The notes beneath the pieces were generated by a model that worked only from the letters and a program-made list of their open reading frames with translations, had not been told where the DNA came from and did not search any database. From Eledone cirrhosa (Eukaryota), in the NCBI GenBank assembly GCA_964016885.1, contig CAXHJY010000480.1, positions 1-64,000 on the forward strand: a stretch of 64,000 nucleotides of DNA. The letters run 5' to 3'. Shown here one piece after another: positions 1 to 12,192 of this stretch; positions within the stretch are counted from its first letter, which is position 1, and each line of letters opens with the position of its first letter. The position numbers and the translations under genes are program-made.

Positions 1-787
1 GCCAGGTCGCTGGTGATGGTGATGGCGACGGCGGTGGCGGTGGTGGTGGTGGTGGCAGTTGATGTTGTTGTTCTGTTGTGTGTGTGTGTGTGTGTGTGTG
101 TTTTGTTATTTGAGTTTTTTTTTTTTTTTTTTCCTTTCTTTTTTTTCTCCTTTTTTTTTTTTTTTCCCCCTTCCCTTTTCTTTTTTCTTTTCCCTTCCTT
201 TTTTATGTTTTGATGCCGCTGTTGTTGTTGTTGTTGTAATTGTTGTAAATGTTCATTTCAGTTCATTCTGAAGCTGTTGTTGCTGTAAACATTAGGGCCG
301 GTGTTGTTGTTGTTGTAGATGTTGGGGTTGAAATCTGGTTGTTTGACTGAGTGATGTATATACACACATATACATACACACACATATATATATATACATT
401 CATCAGAGAGTAGAGAGTTTGACAACAGGTCGATGACTTTAGTCTCGATAGGGTATGGTATGGTAATGACATGTGATGGTGGGGAGAGAGTGTAGACGTT
501 ATTGTGGTGGTGTGGACAGTGAGATGTATCTAGTTCATTTGACCGTTTTCTTCTCTTAGCAAAATTTGAATTCTAGCCATGTTATATTGAGATGTAAGTA
601 AATGTAAAATATAAATAAGGATTGCTCTGCTAAAATATACTAAAATATTTGTGTAACTTCCACAAACTTCTGTCGTGACATTCCCGAGACCAGTAACCAG
701 CAAATTGTTGTATTTTGATGTTTCAGAATACAAAAATTAATTAAAAACTTACCCACGAAGAGACAGCGTGTGTTGTCCTATCTATAA

Positions 788-1008
788 GCTCCCTCATATC
801 TATATATATTTATACATATATATATATATACATATATACATACATATATATATATATATACATACATATATATATATATATACATACATATATATATATA
901 TATACATACATATATATATACATATATATACATACATATATATATATACATATATATATATACATTCATATATATATATATATATACACATATATATATA
1001 TACACATA

Positions 1009-1044
<36 letters not shown>

Positions 1045-1271
1045 CATATATATACATATATATATATATATACATATATATACATATATACATATACATA
1101 TATATATATACATATACATATATATACATATATATATATATACATATATATATATACATATACATATACATATATACATATACATATATACATATACACA
1201 TATACATATATACATATACATATATACATATACATATATACATATACATATATATACATATATACATATAC

Positions 1272-1328
<57 letters not shown>

Positions 1329-1375
1329 CACATATATACATATATACATACATATATATATACATATATATACAC

Positions 1376-1406
<31 letters not shown>

Positions 1407-1710
1407 TACATATATATATATATATACATATATACATATATATACATATACATATATATATATATACATATATATACATACATATATACATACACATATA
1501 TACATATATATACATATATACATATACATATATATATATATACATATATATACATACATATATACATATATATATATATACATATATATACATACATATA
1601 TACATATATATACATATATACATATACATACATATATACATATACATACATATATACATATACATATATACATATACATATATATATATATACATACATA
1701 TATACATATA

Positions 1711-1742
<32 letters not shown>

Positions 1743-2320
1743 CATACATATATACATATATACATATATATATATATACATATACATATATATATATATA
1801 CATATATATACATATATACATATATACACATATATACATATATACATATATAGATATATATACATATACATATATATACATATATACATATACATATATA
1901 TACATATATACATATATATATACATATATATATACATATACATATATATATACATATATATATACATATATATATACATATATATACATATATATATACA
2001 TATATATATACATATATATACATATATATATACATATATATATATATATACATATATATATACATATATATACATATATATATACATATATATATATATA
2101 TACATATATATACATATATATATACATATATATACATATATATATATACATATATATACATATACATACATATATATATACATATATATACATATATATA
2201 TACATATATATACATATATATACATATATACATATACATACATACATATATATATACATACATATATATATACATACATATATATATACATACATATATA
2301 TATACATATATATATATATA
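788..2320. repeat. Degenerate (TA)n microsatellite array, TATACA-variant
   Basis: About 1.5 kb of TA interrupted by CA; it generates the spurious IY-rich ORFs. Confidence 0.97.
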
Positions 2321-2432
2321 TCTTTCTATCTATGGCGGGTAAAATTCCGAGATCCGTTAAGGTGAAACAATTGTTCTGAGTATGAACTGAGTGCTCTACC
2401 ACTACGGATATTACCTTCCAGTGTTCTACCAC

Positions 2433-2464
<32 letters not shown>

Positions 2465-2493
2465 GTGGTAGAACACTGGAAGGTAATATCCGT
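2321..2493. mobile_element. Internally deleted copy of the hammerhead-bearing element at 3321-3624, with a partial inversion
   Basis: Shares ggcgggtaaaattcc-gagatccgttaaggtgaaacaattgttct and gaactgagtgctctaccactacggatattaccttcca with 3321-3490. Segment ~2403-2433 is inverted at ~2462-2493 across a TA spacer. Confidence 0.75.
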
Positions 2494-2513
2494 ATATATA
2501 TGTATATATATAT

Positions 2514-3301
2514 ATCATCATCATCAACATCAACGTTTAACGTCCGTGTTCCACGCTTGCATGGGTTTGGACGGGGGTAGTCCCACTTGAGGCAAGAGTG
2601 ATTGTCTTGCTCGCATAGGACTGTCTGGCAGGTTTTCTACAGTTGGATGCCCTTCCTAACACCAACCACATTTACAGTGTGGGTCTGGGAGGTTTTTACC
2701 GTGTTGCCTACACGGCCACATTACAGCGTGGACTGTGTGTTTTTTTGTCGTGACACCTACACGATCTCATTTGTTTCGGCCTGGATGGTGTGGCACCAAC
2801 ATAACTTTACATAGAAGGGGGCGGTGTGGATGGGGTGGGGGTGGTGGGATGGGGATGTATTTTGTTAGAGATGCCTACTGGCTGTAGTAGGTTTTACTTT
2901 GTATTTAGGTAAGGCGGGTCTTCTCTATTACTGAGTACCGCCAAAGGTCTCGGTCCAGTGACATTGTCTTGGTGAGGTGTAAGTCTGTGAGGTCGGAGTT
3001 TATCAGCTCGTCCAGGTTTTTCTGGGTCTGCCTATTCCGTGGCTACCGTCTATCTTTATTGCCCTGCACTTTGTTATACAGCTATCGTCCTTCATGCGCA
3101 TTACGTGACCATACCAACGTAGCCTTCTCTCTAGTAAACAACATCTGATCCCTCTTATTTCTAATTTTTTCCTTAGTTCGTTTATGCTTTGTCATTCACG
3201 TATATTACTATTACACATCCAGCGGAGCATGCAAGCTTCGTTTCTCTCTAGTCTGCGTATATCCTCTGCACACAATGCCCAGGTCTCACTGCCATGCAAC
3301 A
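2514..3301 (-). mobile_element. 5'-truncated RTE-clade LINE, family A
   Basis: (CAT)n tail followed by caacgtttaacgtccgtgttccacgcttgcatggg; minus-strand coding remnant [30 protein letters not shown]. Confidence 0.93.
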
Positions 3302-3320
3302 TGTATATATATATATATAT

Positions 3321-3624
3321 ATCTAAGGCGGGTAAAATTCCCGAGATCCGTATAACCATGCCCATTACGAGCTGAGGATCCGTTAAGGTGAAACAATTGT
3401 TCTCGGTATGGCGAATTAACTGTTGTGTAACCACTTCTACCTAACTCGTCCCATGAACTGAGTACTCTACCACTACGGATATTACCTTCCAGGAAGGTAA
3501 TATCCGTAGTGGTAGAGCACTCAGTTCTCGCCATACCGAGAACAACAATTGTTTCACCTTAACGCATCCTCAGCTCGTGATGGGCATGGTTATACGGATC
3601 TTGGGAATTTTACCCGCCTTAGAT
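3321..3624. mobile_element. Fold-back palindrome with a minimal hammerhead motif in each arm (Penelope-like element end)
   Basis: Inverted arms centred near 3491 (ccttcc-a-ggaagg); the left arm has an extra ~40 bp; TA tracts on both sides. Confidence 0.75.
3368..3405 (+). ncRNA. Minimal type I hammerhead ribozyme motif
   Basis: Stem I cgag/ctcg; core CTGAGGA; short stem II (cc-gttaa-gg); GAAA; palindromic stem III ACAATTGT. Mirrored on the minus strand at ~3537-3577. Confidence 0.7.
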
Positions 3625-3663
3625 ATATATACATATATATATATATATGTATATATATATATG

Positions 3664-3747
<84 letters not shown>

Positions 3748-3828
3748 TATATAACCTATGCTAGCGTGGAAAATGGACGTTAAACGAAGATGATGTGTGA
3801 TGATACATATATATATACATACATATAT

Positions 3829-4120
3829 ATCATCATCATCATTTTACTTCCACTTTTCCCTGCTTGCAAGGGTGGGACGGGAACTGATTCTGGCTTGATT
3901 TCTACAGCCGGATGCCCTTCCTCACACCAACCTCATTTACAGTGAGTGCTGGGTGCTTTTTGCCATGGCATCTACACGACCACTTTACAGCTGAGTAAAC
4001 TGGAGCAATGTGAAATAAAGTGTCTTGCTCAAGGAAACAACACATCACCCGGTCTGAGAATTGAACTCAAAACCTTTCGATTGCAAGGCCAATGCTCTAA
4101 CCACTAAGCCATGTGCCTCC
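3829..4120 (-). mobile_element. tRNA-derived SINE with RTE-type tail
   Basis: Head ggaggcacatggcttagtggttagagc (A box) and gagttcaattc (B box); tail cccttgcaagcagggaaaagtggaagtaaaatgatgatg. Confidence 0.9.
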
Positions 4121-4191
4121 ATATACATATATATATATATATTATATACATATATAATATATATATATATAATTTCTTCGAATGAAAAGAT

Positions 4192-4273
4192 CCTTCTGAC
4201 GAGAGTTTTTCTTTGCAACGGAGGCCGTATGGACTCCGTTTATTTTTGAGACTCGAAACCGATTCGGTAAAGG
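4192..4273 (+). ncRNA. Type I hammerhead ribozyme, copy 1
   Basis: Stem I cctt/aagg; core CTGACGA (4196-4202); long stem II gagttt...agactc with inner hairpin aacggag...ctccgtt; GAAA (4255-4258); stem III ccg-att-cgg; GTA cleavage triplet ending 4269. Confidence 0.88.
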
Positions 4274-4665
4274 TAACTATAGTAAGCAAAGTTAATTTTT
4301 TTTAATTTATTTTGAAACTTTTTCTTATTTGCTAAACCTTGATTATATATGTTCTGGCTCGTTAATTTATTAACCTACCATTGAACCACATTGGTTGGAC
4401 AATACATGTGTCCCTTAGCGCCATGTGCATGTAGGAACATATACTCTATTATTATTCTCCTCTTGGTTGAGAAAAAAATTTGGTCGTTCTGACTGCTGCT
4501 AGTTATAGCGGGAGCCGACTGACCTCCCTGCCTCCGCCTCTATCTTTACACTCGGCCCTTGAAAAAATTGATTCCACTTCATTTTCTCTCATCTCGGGAA
4601 CAATTTTGAATAGCGCCAGTTCGTAATTTGAATTCGAAAATTTTATATTCTTCGAATGAAAAGAT

Positions 4666-4746
4666 CCTTCTGACGAGAGTTTTTCTTTGCAACGGAGGCC
4701 GTATGGACTCCGTTATTTTTGAGACTCGAAACCGATTCGGTAAAGG
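4666..4746 (+). ncRNA. Type I hammerhead ribozyme, copy 2
   Basis: Same architecture: CTGACGA at 4670-4676, GAAAccgattcggTA ending 4742, then aagg. Confidence 0.88.
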
Positions 4747-4844
4747 TAACTATAGTAAGTAAAGTTAATTTTTTTTAATTCATTTTGAAACTTTTTCTTA
4801 TTTGCTAAACCTTGATGTATATAATATCTCTCTCTCTCTCTATA

Positions 4845-4896
<52 letters not shown>

Positions 4897-4898
4897 TA

Positions 4899-5850
4899 CA
4901 TCACCGTTTTACGTCCGTTCTTCCATGCTAGCATGGGTTAGACGGGTTGTCCTGTTGTGGGCAGTGTCTGGTCGGCTGACCATGCCTTGCTCATACAGGA
5001 ACTGATTTTGGCTTGATTTCTACAGCTGGATGCCCTTCCTAACACCAACCTCATTTACAGTGAGTGCTGGGTGCTTTTTTCCGTGGCGCCTACACGTCCA
5101 CTTTACAGTGTGGGCTGGGTGCTTTTTTGCCGTGGGAGGGTGTGGGGGTATATTGTCTATATGCTTCAGCTTGTACCCATGGGAGGTCGGGTACTCTGTA
5201 TTACTGCGTGACGCCAGGTCACGGTCGTGTGTCATCACCTTTGAGAGGTGTAATTGGGTAAAGTCGGCTTTTATCACCTCATCCCAGGTCTTCTTGGGTC
5301 TCCCCACTCCGCGGTTTCCATCGACTTCTAGTGCTCTGCACCTTTTTATGCAGCTGTCATCCTTCATACGCATCACAAGTCCATACCAACGCAACCGCCT
5401 CTACTGCACACAGCATTTGATTCCTCTTATGCTCAGTCTCTCTCTCAATTCGTTTATGCTTTGCCGTTCGCATATATTACTATTACACATCCATTGGAGC
5501 ATGCAGGCTTTGTTTCTTTCTAATCTACGTCAGTCTTCCACCTTCAGCGCCCAGGTCTCACTACCATGTAACATTGCTGTTCGGATACAAGCATCATACA
5601 GTCTGCCTTTCATTTTGAGGGAGAAGCCTTTTGCAGCTAGCAGTGGCAGTAGTTCCCTGAACTTCTTCCATTCCATTTTTACCCAGTTATTGTACTTTCT
5701 GAACACCCACCTTCGCTGCTAATTCAGTCACCTAGGTAGCAGAAGCTGTCTACTGTTTCTATAGAGCCCTCCCAGAGATTGGTGGTACTTGTTTCCTGTC
5801 ACTGTTTGCTGCTTGCTGCCCCAGCACAGCTGCTACGTGTGAAGCTAGTA
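4899..5850 (-). mobile_element. 5'-truncated RTE LINE, family B
   Basis: Tail catcaccgttttacgtccgttcttccatgctagcatggg; coding remnant [36 protein letters not shown]. Confidence 0.92.
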
Positions 5851-7104
5851 TTTAACAAAAATAATAGGCAGCCTTGGGGGGGGGGGGGGAGAAACATAAA
5901 TTGGCACAGTAAATTGAAAAGATATGGAGTATTTAGCTGGTGTTAGCCCAAATTAACTTTTTTTTAAAAATGGATATTGATATGCATAGGAAGAATATTG
6001 AAATAGTTTTAAAATGCAAGCAATTACATAGTGGAAGATTCCACCATGTAATTGCTTCAATTTTAATAAAGAGGCATGAATGAAGTCACTTGCCAAACAA
6101 GTTCAAGGTTGTTCATTATAATTAATGTAATTAATCTGTAATAAAAAATAAGTTGCTGTCATCAACTGCAGTAAAAATGTACATCTTTTTGTATCTGAGC
6201 TAGTGGCCTGGTGGTTGAGGTGCTGAACATATATATATATGATTATGAGGTTGTGGGTTTGATTACTGAACCAGGCAGCATGTTATGTTCTGAAGCAAAA
6301 TATTTTATTTTTACGGTGCTCCTTCTGCTAGGCATGAATTGTGACAAGCAGATAATATCAGCAATGGAAAAGACCAATGTAAACATTATTCACTTGGTCT
6401 GATCTGACAATCAAGTTCCCTAGAAGGATAACTTTGCATGAAGGTTTTTTTTTTGGTTTTTTTAATAGCACAAATTTTATATAATAGCAATATAACTTTG
6501 TTGAATGAAAGAAATGTTTTCAGAAATATAGGCTGTTCTTACCATATTTCTAATGAAACATGCTACCTATGAATTTTCAAATAATTTTGAAAATAAACCT
6601 TTGGAAAGATTTAATGAGATAACTAACTTTCCCATTATTAAGCTGATGTTTGGAACAAAGGTTCTCACATAAAATTATGATGGAAGGCTTATAGATAATA
6701 CAAACATTTTAAAATAAACAGCTTTGCATAATAGAACCTGGGATGGTTTCAGGTAGTTTGGTATCGAAAGGGTTAAACATTACTAAGCTGTATCAAGAGG
6801 TTGCAGAATAATAGCAAACTTAGTTCTCTAAGCAGTCACAGATGTATTAAAGAATATGTTTACAATCAAATAAATTGCTGCCATTTACTATGAAATCCAA
6901 ACCTTGCAAAACTGCTTTCATCACAGATTTATATAATATCTAGTACATAACTTGTTTTATGGAGGGAATAAGAATTATTCAATTTATTCACCACATGTGT
7001 GTGTGTTTGCATTAATATGTGTGCATCTAAATTTACATGTACAATGCGCAATTAACCCATTCTATTTATATATGTCCCATAACTGTTATCAACCATATAT
7101 CACA

Positions 7105-7830
7105 TTCATCGTTTTTACGTCTGCTTATATGTTTTGGATGGGTCCTTCTCAGCACGGCATCTCTCCACGTGTCGCATTCCTTTGTCATCTCCTCTGCAAG
7201 GCTTAGCAATTTGAGGTCAGCTCTCACAACTTCTGCCCAGGTCTTTCTTGGTCGTCCTCTACTGTAGCTTCCATTCACTGGGATTGCTTAGCATTTCTTC
7301 ACCCATCAGTCATTGTCCATGCATCACATGTCCAAACCAACACAGTCTTCTCTCCTGCACACCCTCTTGGATTCCCCTTAAACCCAGCTTCTCCCTCAGC
7401 TCGTCCAAGCTCTGCCTTTCCCTCACATTTACATTGCACATCCAACGAAACATGATTGCTTCATTTCTCTCCAGTCTAGATATGTCTTCTGCAGTCACAG
7501 CCCATGCTTCACTACCATGCAACATCACGCACTGCACATAGGTGTCATACAGCCTTCCTTTTGTTGTCAGCAATGGAGTAGTTCTCTAAAATTCTTCAAT
7601 TCCATCCTATTATAACTTGGTGCACCCTCCCCTGCTGCTAATTAGGTCACCTAGATAGCAGATGCTATCAACCACGTCTATGGCTCCTTCCTGTGATTGG
7701 AAAAGGTTTATATCATTAACATTCTTCCTCTTGATTTCTCCTGTGCATCTTCTACATGCAAAGTTTTCCCTTCCTGCTAGTCTACTCCTTATCCCACTAC
7801 ATCTTTTGTGTACATTTACATTGTGTGTGT
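7105..7830 (-). mobile_element. Older, degraded 5'-truncated RTE LINE
   Basis: MLHGSEAWAVTAEDISRLERNEAIMFRWMC and RGRPRKTWAEVVRADL in different frames; tail remnant catcgtttttacgtctgc. Confidence 0.88.
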
Positions 7831-9377
7831 ATTGCCAGCCATCATTACATATATCATATATATATTCAAAAATGACAAAGAGTTGGGCAAGGAGATAATG
7901 AATGAACAGAAAATAATATGGAAATCCTGCTCAACTGTCCTCCATTGGATATTACAGTTTTGCATACTTCTGGACAGGACTGTGTTTATACATACGAGAG
8001 AAAGAGATTACTGTTGGCAGAGAAAGCTGACTTCTGGCATAAATGAAACCACTTTAAAATAGTTTTGTCTTACTTTTTATTGTATTTCATTAATTCTAAT
8101 TAAAAAAATTCATACTTTTCCTAGATTCTATTCTAGCATTTGTGTACAGATGGACAAAAAAATTCCTGTACAGTCATTATAATATAGATTAATAATTTGT
8201 ATGAGCATTATGCAGAAGTAAGAATGCTCCTAATGAGTAGAATCTATAATCCAATTTTCATAAGGTATTTACCATTTCACTTCACATAAATTAAGTGTCC
8301 TTAACAATGGATTTAACATTCCAATTCCTAAACTTTTGATAAAAACATCTTGCAGACTTACACCTTACTCCTAAATACCATCCTCCAATCACAGTAATAG
8401 ACATAGCAAGCTACTTAAAAATGTAATAGAAATATACTACTTTGAAATTCTGGCTTTAATGCGTTTCACATTTGTTTGTTTTTTTGTTGTATTTTGTTTT
8501 GTCGCCATAGCATTATTGGAACTATTTACAGAGTTTTGATATAGCTTGATCTTAATTTTTACAAGAACTTAACTATACTGTAAAAGTGGCCTCTACTTTT
8601 AGATAGAATGAAAAAAGCATATTAATGTCCCTACTTAATTTTAACTGATATAATATATGAAATGCTTTTCTTTTCTGTCTGTTATTGTTACTACTTGTGA
8701 AGATATTTTCAAGAAGGAGAGATGCTAGTATGAATAACATTGAACTTGAAGAATCCATGTTGTTACAGCTCACTCATGTATATTTAGCTAGCCAACTATG
8801 ATGCTGTATCATATAAAAGATTTCTCAACTATTTTAATAAGAGCTCTAATCCTATCATGAAAAGCAAAATCAAATAAAGCTTCTTCAATAACAGAATGCC
8901 TTTCCAAATCCAATAATCGAACATATGAACCTATAATCATAAATCCAACACCCTAACAATTAAGTATCCACTGATCAGCAATAGACTTAAATAAATATCT
9001 CAGCAAAGTGACAGTTGTAACTAAGATCACTGAAAATGCAATGCCTTCAGAGATTGGGGGGGGGGGGGTAAATTAACAACGTCATTAGGGTAAAATGCGT
9101 TATGGTATTTATTCTGGCTCTTTGTACTCTGAGTGCAAATCCTGCTGATGTCAGTTTTACCTTTCATCATTTCAGGGTAGTGAACTGAAGGAAATGGTCA
9201 ATCCTACTATGGCATATTTCAGTGAAAAATTTAGTTCCAACATAGTGGGTCAGCGTGGGCTTATATCCAAAATAGTGGTAAATGTGGGTTTCACCCTAGC
9301 ACAGTAGTGAATGTAGGTTTGATTCATATTATAGTACTGAATTTGATATAGTATGTACATTTACTTGAAAAGAAGAA

Positions 9378-9859
9378 TTCTTTTCGTCTTCTTCGCCCAC
9401 TTAATCATGAGAGGGTCATGGGGGCAGAGTCCTCAGACACTCCTTCCAGAAGGTCCTCTCAAAAGCAACTACCTCCAACAGACCTGATTAGATCTCCAAG
9501 CAAGACCAGCCAAGCTCATGGATGTTATCCAACCATCATGCTTCGGGTTTACCCATGGGTATCATGATGGTTGGTTTTGCCCATAAAATCTATCCAGCAA
9601 TTCTTTCCTGAAACATTCTAACCACATGCCTGCAATATCAGAGCTGCAATCTCTCAATTCGGAGAAGTAGCGGCTCTACCAGGAGTGACTCTCTGATCTC
9701 CAAGCTACGCTATGGAGTAATGTTACTCCAACGACTGTTCAGAGGAAACCCATTTCGCCCGCTTGTATTCGTGATCATATTCTTTCAGGCATTACCCAAG
9801 ATTCATGAACATAAGTAAGGGTTGGCATGAATACCAAATTGAAAATAGAGTTTAGCTTT
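9378..9859 (-). mobile_element. Degraded 3' part of a further RTE-like LINE
   Basis: Minus strand resembles the RTE C-terminal region (ccaacccttacttatgttcatgaatcttgggtaatg, i.e. PTLTY.HESWVM-like); (CTT)-like tail near 9380. Confidence 0.6.
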
Positions 9860-10495
9860 TACAAGGTGGTATCAAAAATTCCCGGGCTAGTTATGTTTTA
9901 AAAAAACTAATATATTTATCTAAGTTTTAACAACATCATCTTCAAAATAGTCACCTTGCGCAGCAATACACCGGTCCCAGTGGAAGTTGTTTTCTCTAAG
10001 CAAGTCGAGGACCTTCTGCGATTCGCTCTGGATCTTGACAATGGTATTAAAACTGAACTTTGAGCTGTATTTTCAGCTTGGAGAAGAGATGGAAGTCTGC
10101 AGGTGCTAAATCTGGTGAATAGGGTAGGTGCGGAAGCGATACAATATTGTTTTTGGTGAGAAACTCATGAGTGAGGAGAGCTCGGTGACAGGGTGAATTG
10201 TCATTGTGAAGAATCCAAATCTTCGCGCTCCACAGATCCAGACACTTTCGCCAAACGTCCTCCCTCAAATGCCTCAAAACATTGCTGATTAATTTTCTCC
10301 ATATTTCCGAGGGTGACACTCGTGGCAGGTCTTCCAGATCGCTTGTCATCTTCCAGGGACGTTCTTCCGCTTTTGAATTGCCCACGCCTCTCAAAAAATT
10401 GCATACGACCCATTGCCATGTCACCATAAGCTTGCTGAAGCATGCTCAATGTCTCTGTAGCAAACTTCCAAAGTTGAACACAAAGTTTCAGCAAG
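9860..10495 (-). mobile_element. Mariner DNA transposon remnant, internally deleted, one TIR
   Basis: TA + caaggtggtatcaaaaattcccgg TIR-like end; transposase motifs WILHNDNSPCH, PYSPDLAPADFHLF and ATETLSMLQQAYGD...LEDDKRSGRP. Confidence 0.9.
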
Positions 10496-10790
10496 CTTAG
10501 TATCAACAATCTCCCCCAGGCATTTAGCATAGACTTTACTGAGGTGGCTTAACAAGGAGATCCCTCTATAGTTGGAGCAATCTCTCTTGTCTCCCTTTTT
10601 GAAAACTAACCTTATCACTCCTTTGCCATTGCTTAGTTACCTTACTAGAGACCAAGAGTATACCTTCTCTAAGGCTTTTAACATCTCGGGCTAAATTTCA
10701 TCCTCCCCAGCAGCCTTGCCTCATTTGAGCTTTTTAACTGCTCATGACCTCAACCTCCGAGAGATCAGTCATTGTTTCCAGAAGCACCCC
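10496..10790 (-). mobile_element. RTE-like LINE RT fragment, probably the same element as 9378-9859
   Basis: FKKGDKRDCSNYRGISLLSHLSKVYAK; upstream GKAAG.DEI-like sequence. Confidence 0.75.
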
Positions 10791-12074
10791 ATATACAACA
10801 GAAAAAAAAGAAAAGAAAAGAATTGTTGATGAAAAATATCGTTTTCTCATCTTCCAATTTTCCTATCTTGTTTGTTATGTCAATTTAAAACAAAGATTAA
10901 GATACTAAATCAAGGAAATTCTTTGCAAATGTTTTGATGGAAAAATTAAGGTTACAGACCTGTTCTATGCTTTGTTTATTTTATTCTCTCAAAGTTTTAT
11001 ACTATAAAAATGAGAGAAATGAAATGACTGAAAATGCCAGGTCACCATATTTCTAATAAAATACACTGAATGTAATTTTCAAATAATTTTGAATATAATT
11101 TTCTTCTTATTAAGTTGGTGTCTGGAACATAACTTAAAGATTCTTACAAAAAATTATAGTGGAAAGGTTTTAGATAAAAAATTTTAAAACAAGCAGTTTT
11201 TGCTTCAGGCAGTTTGATATGAAAAGGGTTAAGCAACTAAGAGAAGAAATTGTTTAATATGCTTTAATGTATTGTTTCAAAAATATGTTTTTTAAATATT
11301 TTGTGTCCAATAATCCCTTTATGCAATGGTTATTTCTTAAGAATAAAACCATTTGCTAATTCAATATTCTTTAGTATAATACATTAGAGAATATGCCATA
11401 TTGTCTTGGAGATTATTAGTCATTTTGGTGGTACATGTCAACTTTACTCCGTTTTATTGGCAATTGTTCTAATAAGGGACATTTTTTTTTTTTTTTTCTT
11501 CTTATATAGTAGAAATGGAAAATGTTGATTTATTTTTACTGCAATTTTATTTTGTCTTTATCTTGAGTAAGAAAGGCTTTTTCTTTTCTTTTTCTTTTTT
11601 TTTTGTCAACTTTGTGTCTTTTGTATATGCATGCACATTCATGCATATATTGCACAATTGCATTTACATATCTAGCTAGAAATGAAAATGAGTTTTATCT
11701 CTAAGGAGAAAATCCAATATAGTGTTATGTAAATGTAATGGGGTTTTGGGGGGATGGAAGAAAGACTGGATATTTTTACAAAGAGCTTTCTGCAATGATA
11801 GTTATTTCACAAATGAAGATATTTCTTTAATTCTTTCTAGTTATTGATCATTAATCCAACTGCTTTTAGCTTTTCTTTCTACCCTGTCTACAATGAGAGT
11901 GCAATTACCTATGACATATTTTATATATATAATATTCTAAATGTGTATATTTTATTGTTATTTTCAGGATAAAAAATCTTTCACTAAGCTCAGAAGCTGG
12001 AATAATTTTTACTCAAAGAAATGAATCCTGCTTTTTCTGGTTGTTTGTTTCTCTTTTTACATTCACACACGCAC

Positions 12075-12192
12075 AATTTAATATAGAAATGGCTTCTACA
12101 GGACGAGGACTGTTTTATTCAAAAGAAATCATCAGGAAATCACTGGTAATTTCTTTTAAATAAAACAGTTCTAGACCTGTAGAAGCCATTTC
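12075..12192. repeat. Small fold-back (MITE-like) element split by an RTE insertion; right arm continues at 16262-16281
   Basis: aatttaatatagaaatggcttctacagg...cctgtagaagccatttc | RTE | agccatttctatattaaatt. Confidence 0.75.

Larger units (their letters stand above)
4174..4816 (+). mobile_element. Non-coding element with ~170-bp terminal direct repeats, each carrying a hammerhead ribozyme (retrozyme-like or Penelope pLTR tandem)
   Basis: 4174-4343 is repeated at 4648-4816 (period 474) with few mismatches; TA tracts on both flanks; no recognisable ORF. Confidence 0.8.

Noticed and set aside
1-760. Low-complexity GT/GTT/poly-T region that might be a decayed LINE ORF1 or a host exon on the minus strand
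   Set aside because: No sustained frame or recognisable motif.
768-2432. Long Ile/Tyr/His-rich ORFs; the same applies to 37684-39089, 42737-45475 and 60785-62680
   Set aside because: They are translations of TA microsatellites that lack stops in several frames on both strands.
5030-5722. Plus-strand 230-aa ORF and similar MPFLTPT.../MSCSHRTVW... ORFs
   Set aside because: They are antisense shadows of RTE coding and 3'UTR sequence, recurring only because the element is repeated.
6530-6778. Old repeat ending aaagggttaa (similar at ~11040-11232 and ~22700-22868), possibly a piggyBac-type MITE
   Set aside because: Only one TTAA-type end is seen and the copies are too degraded to delimit.
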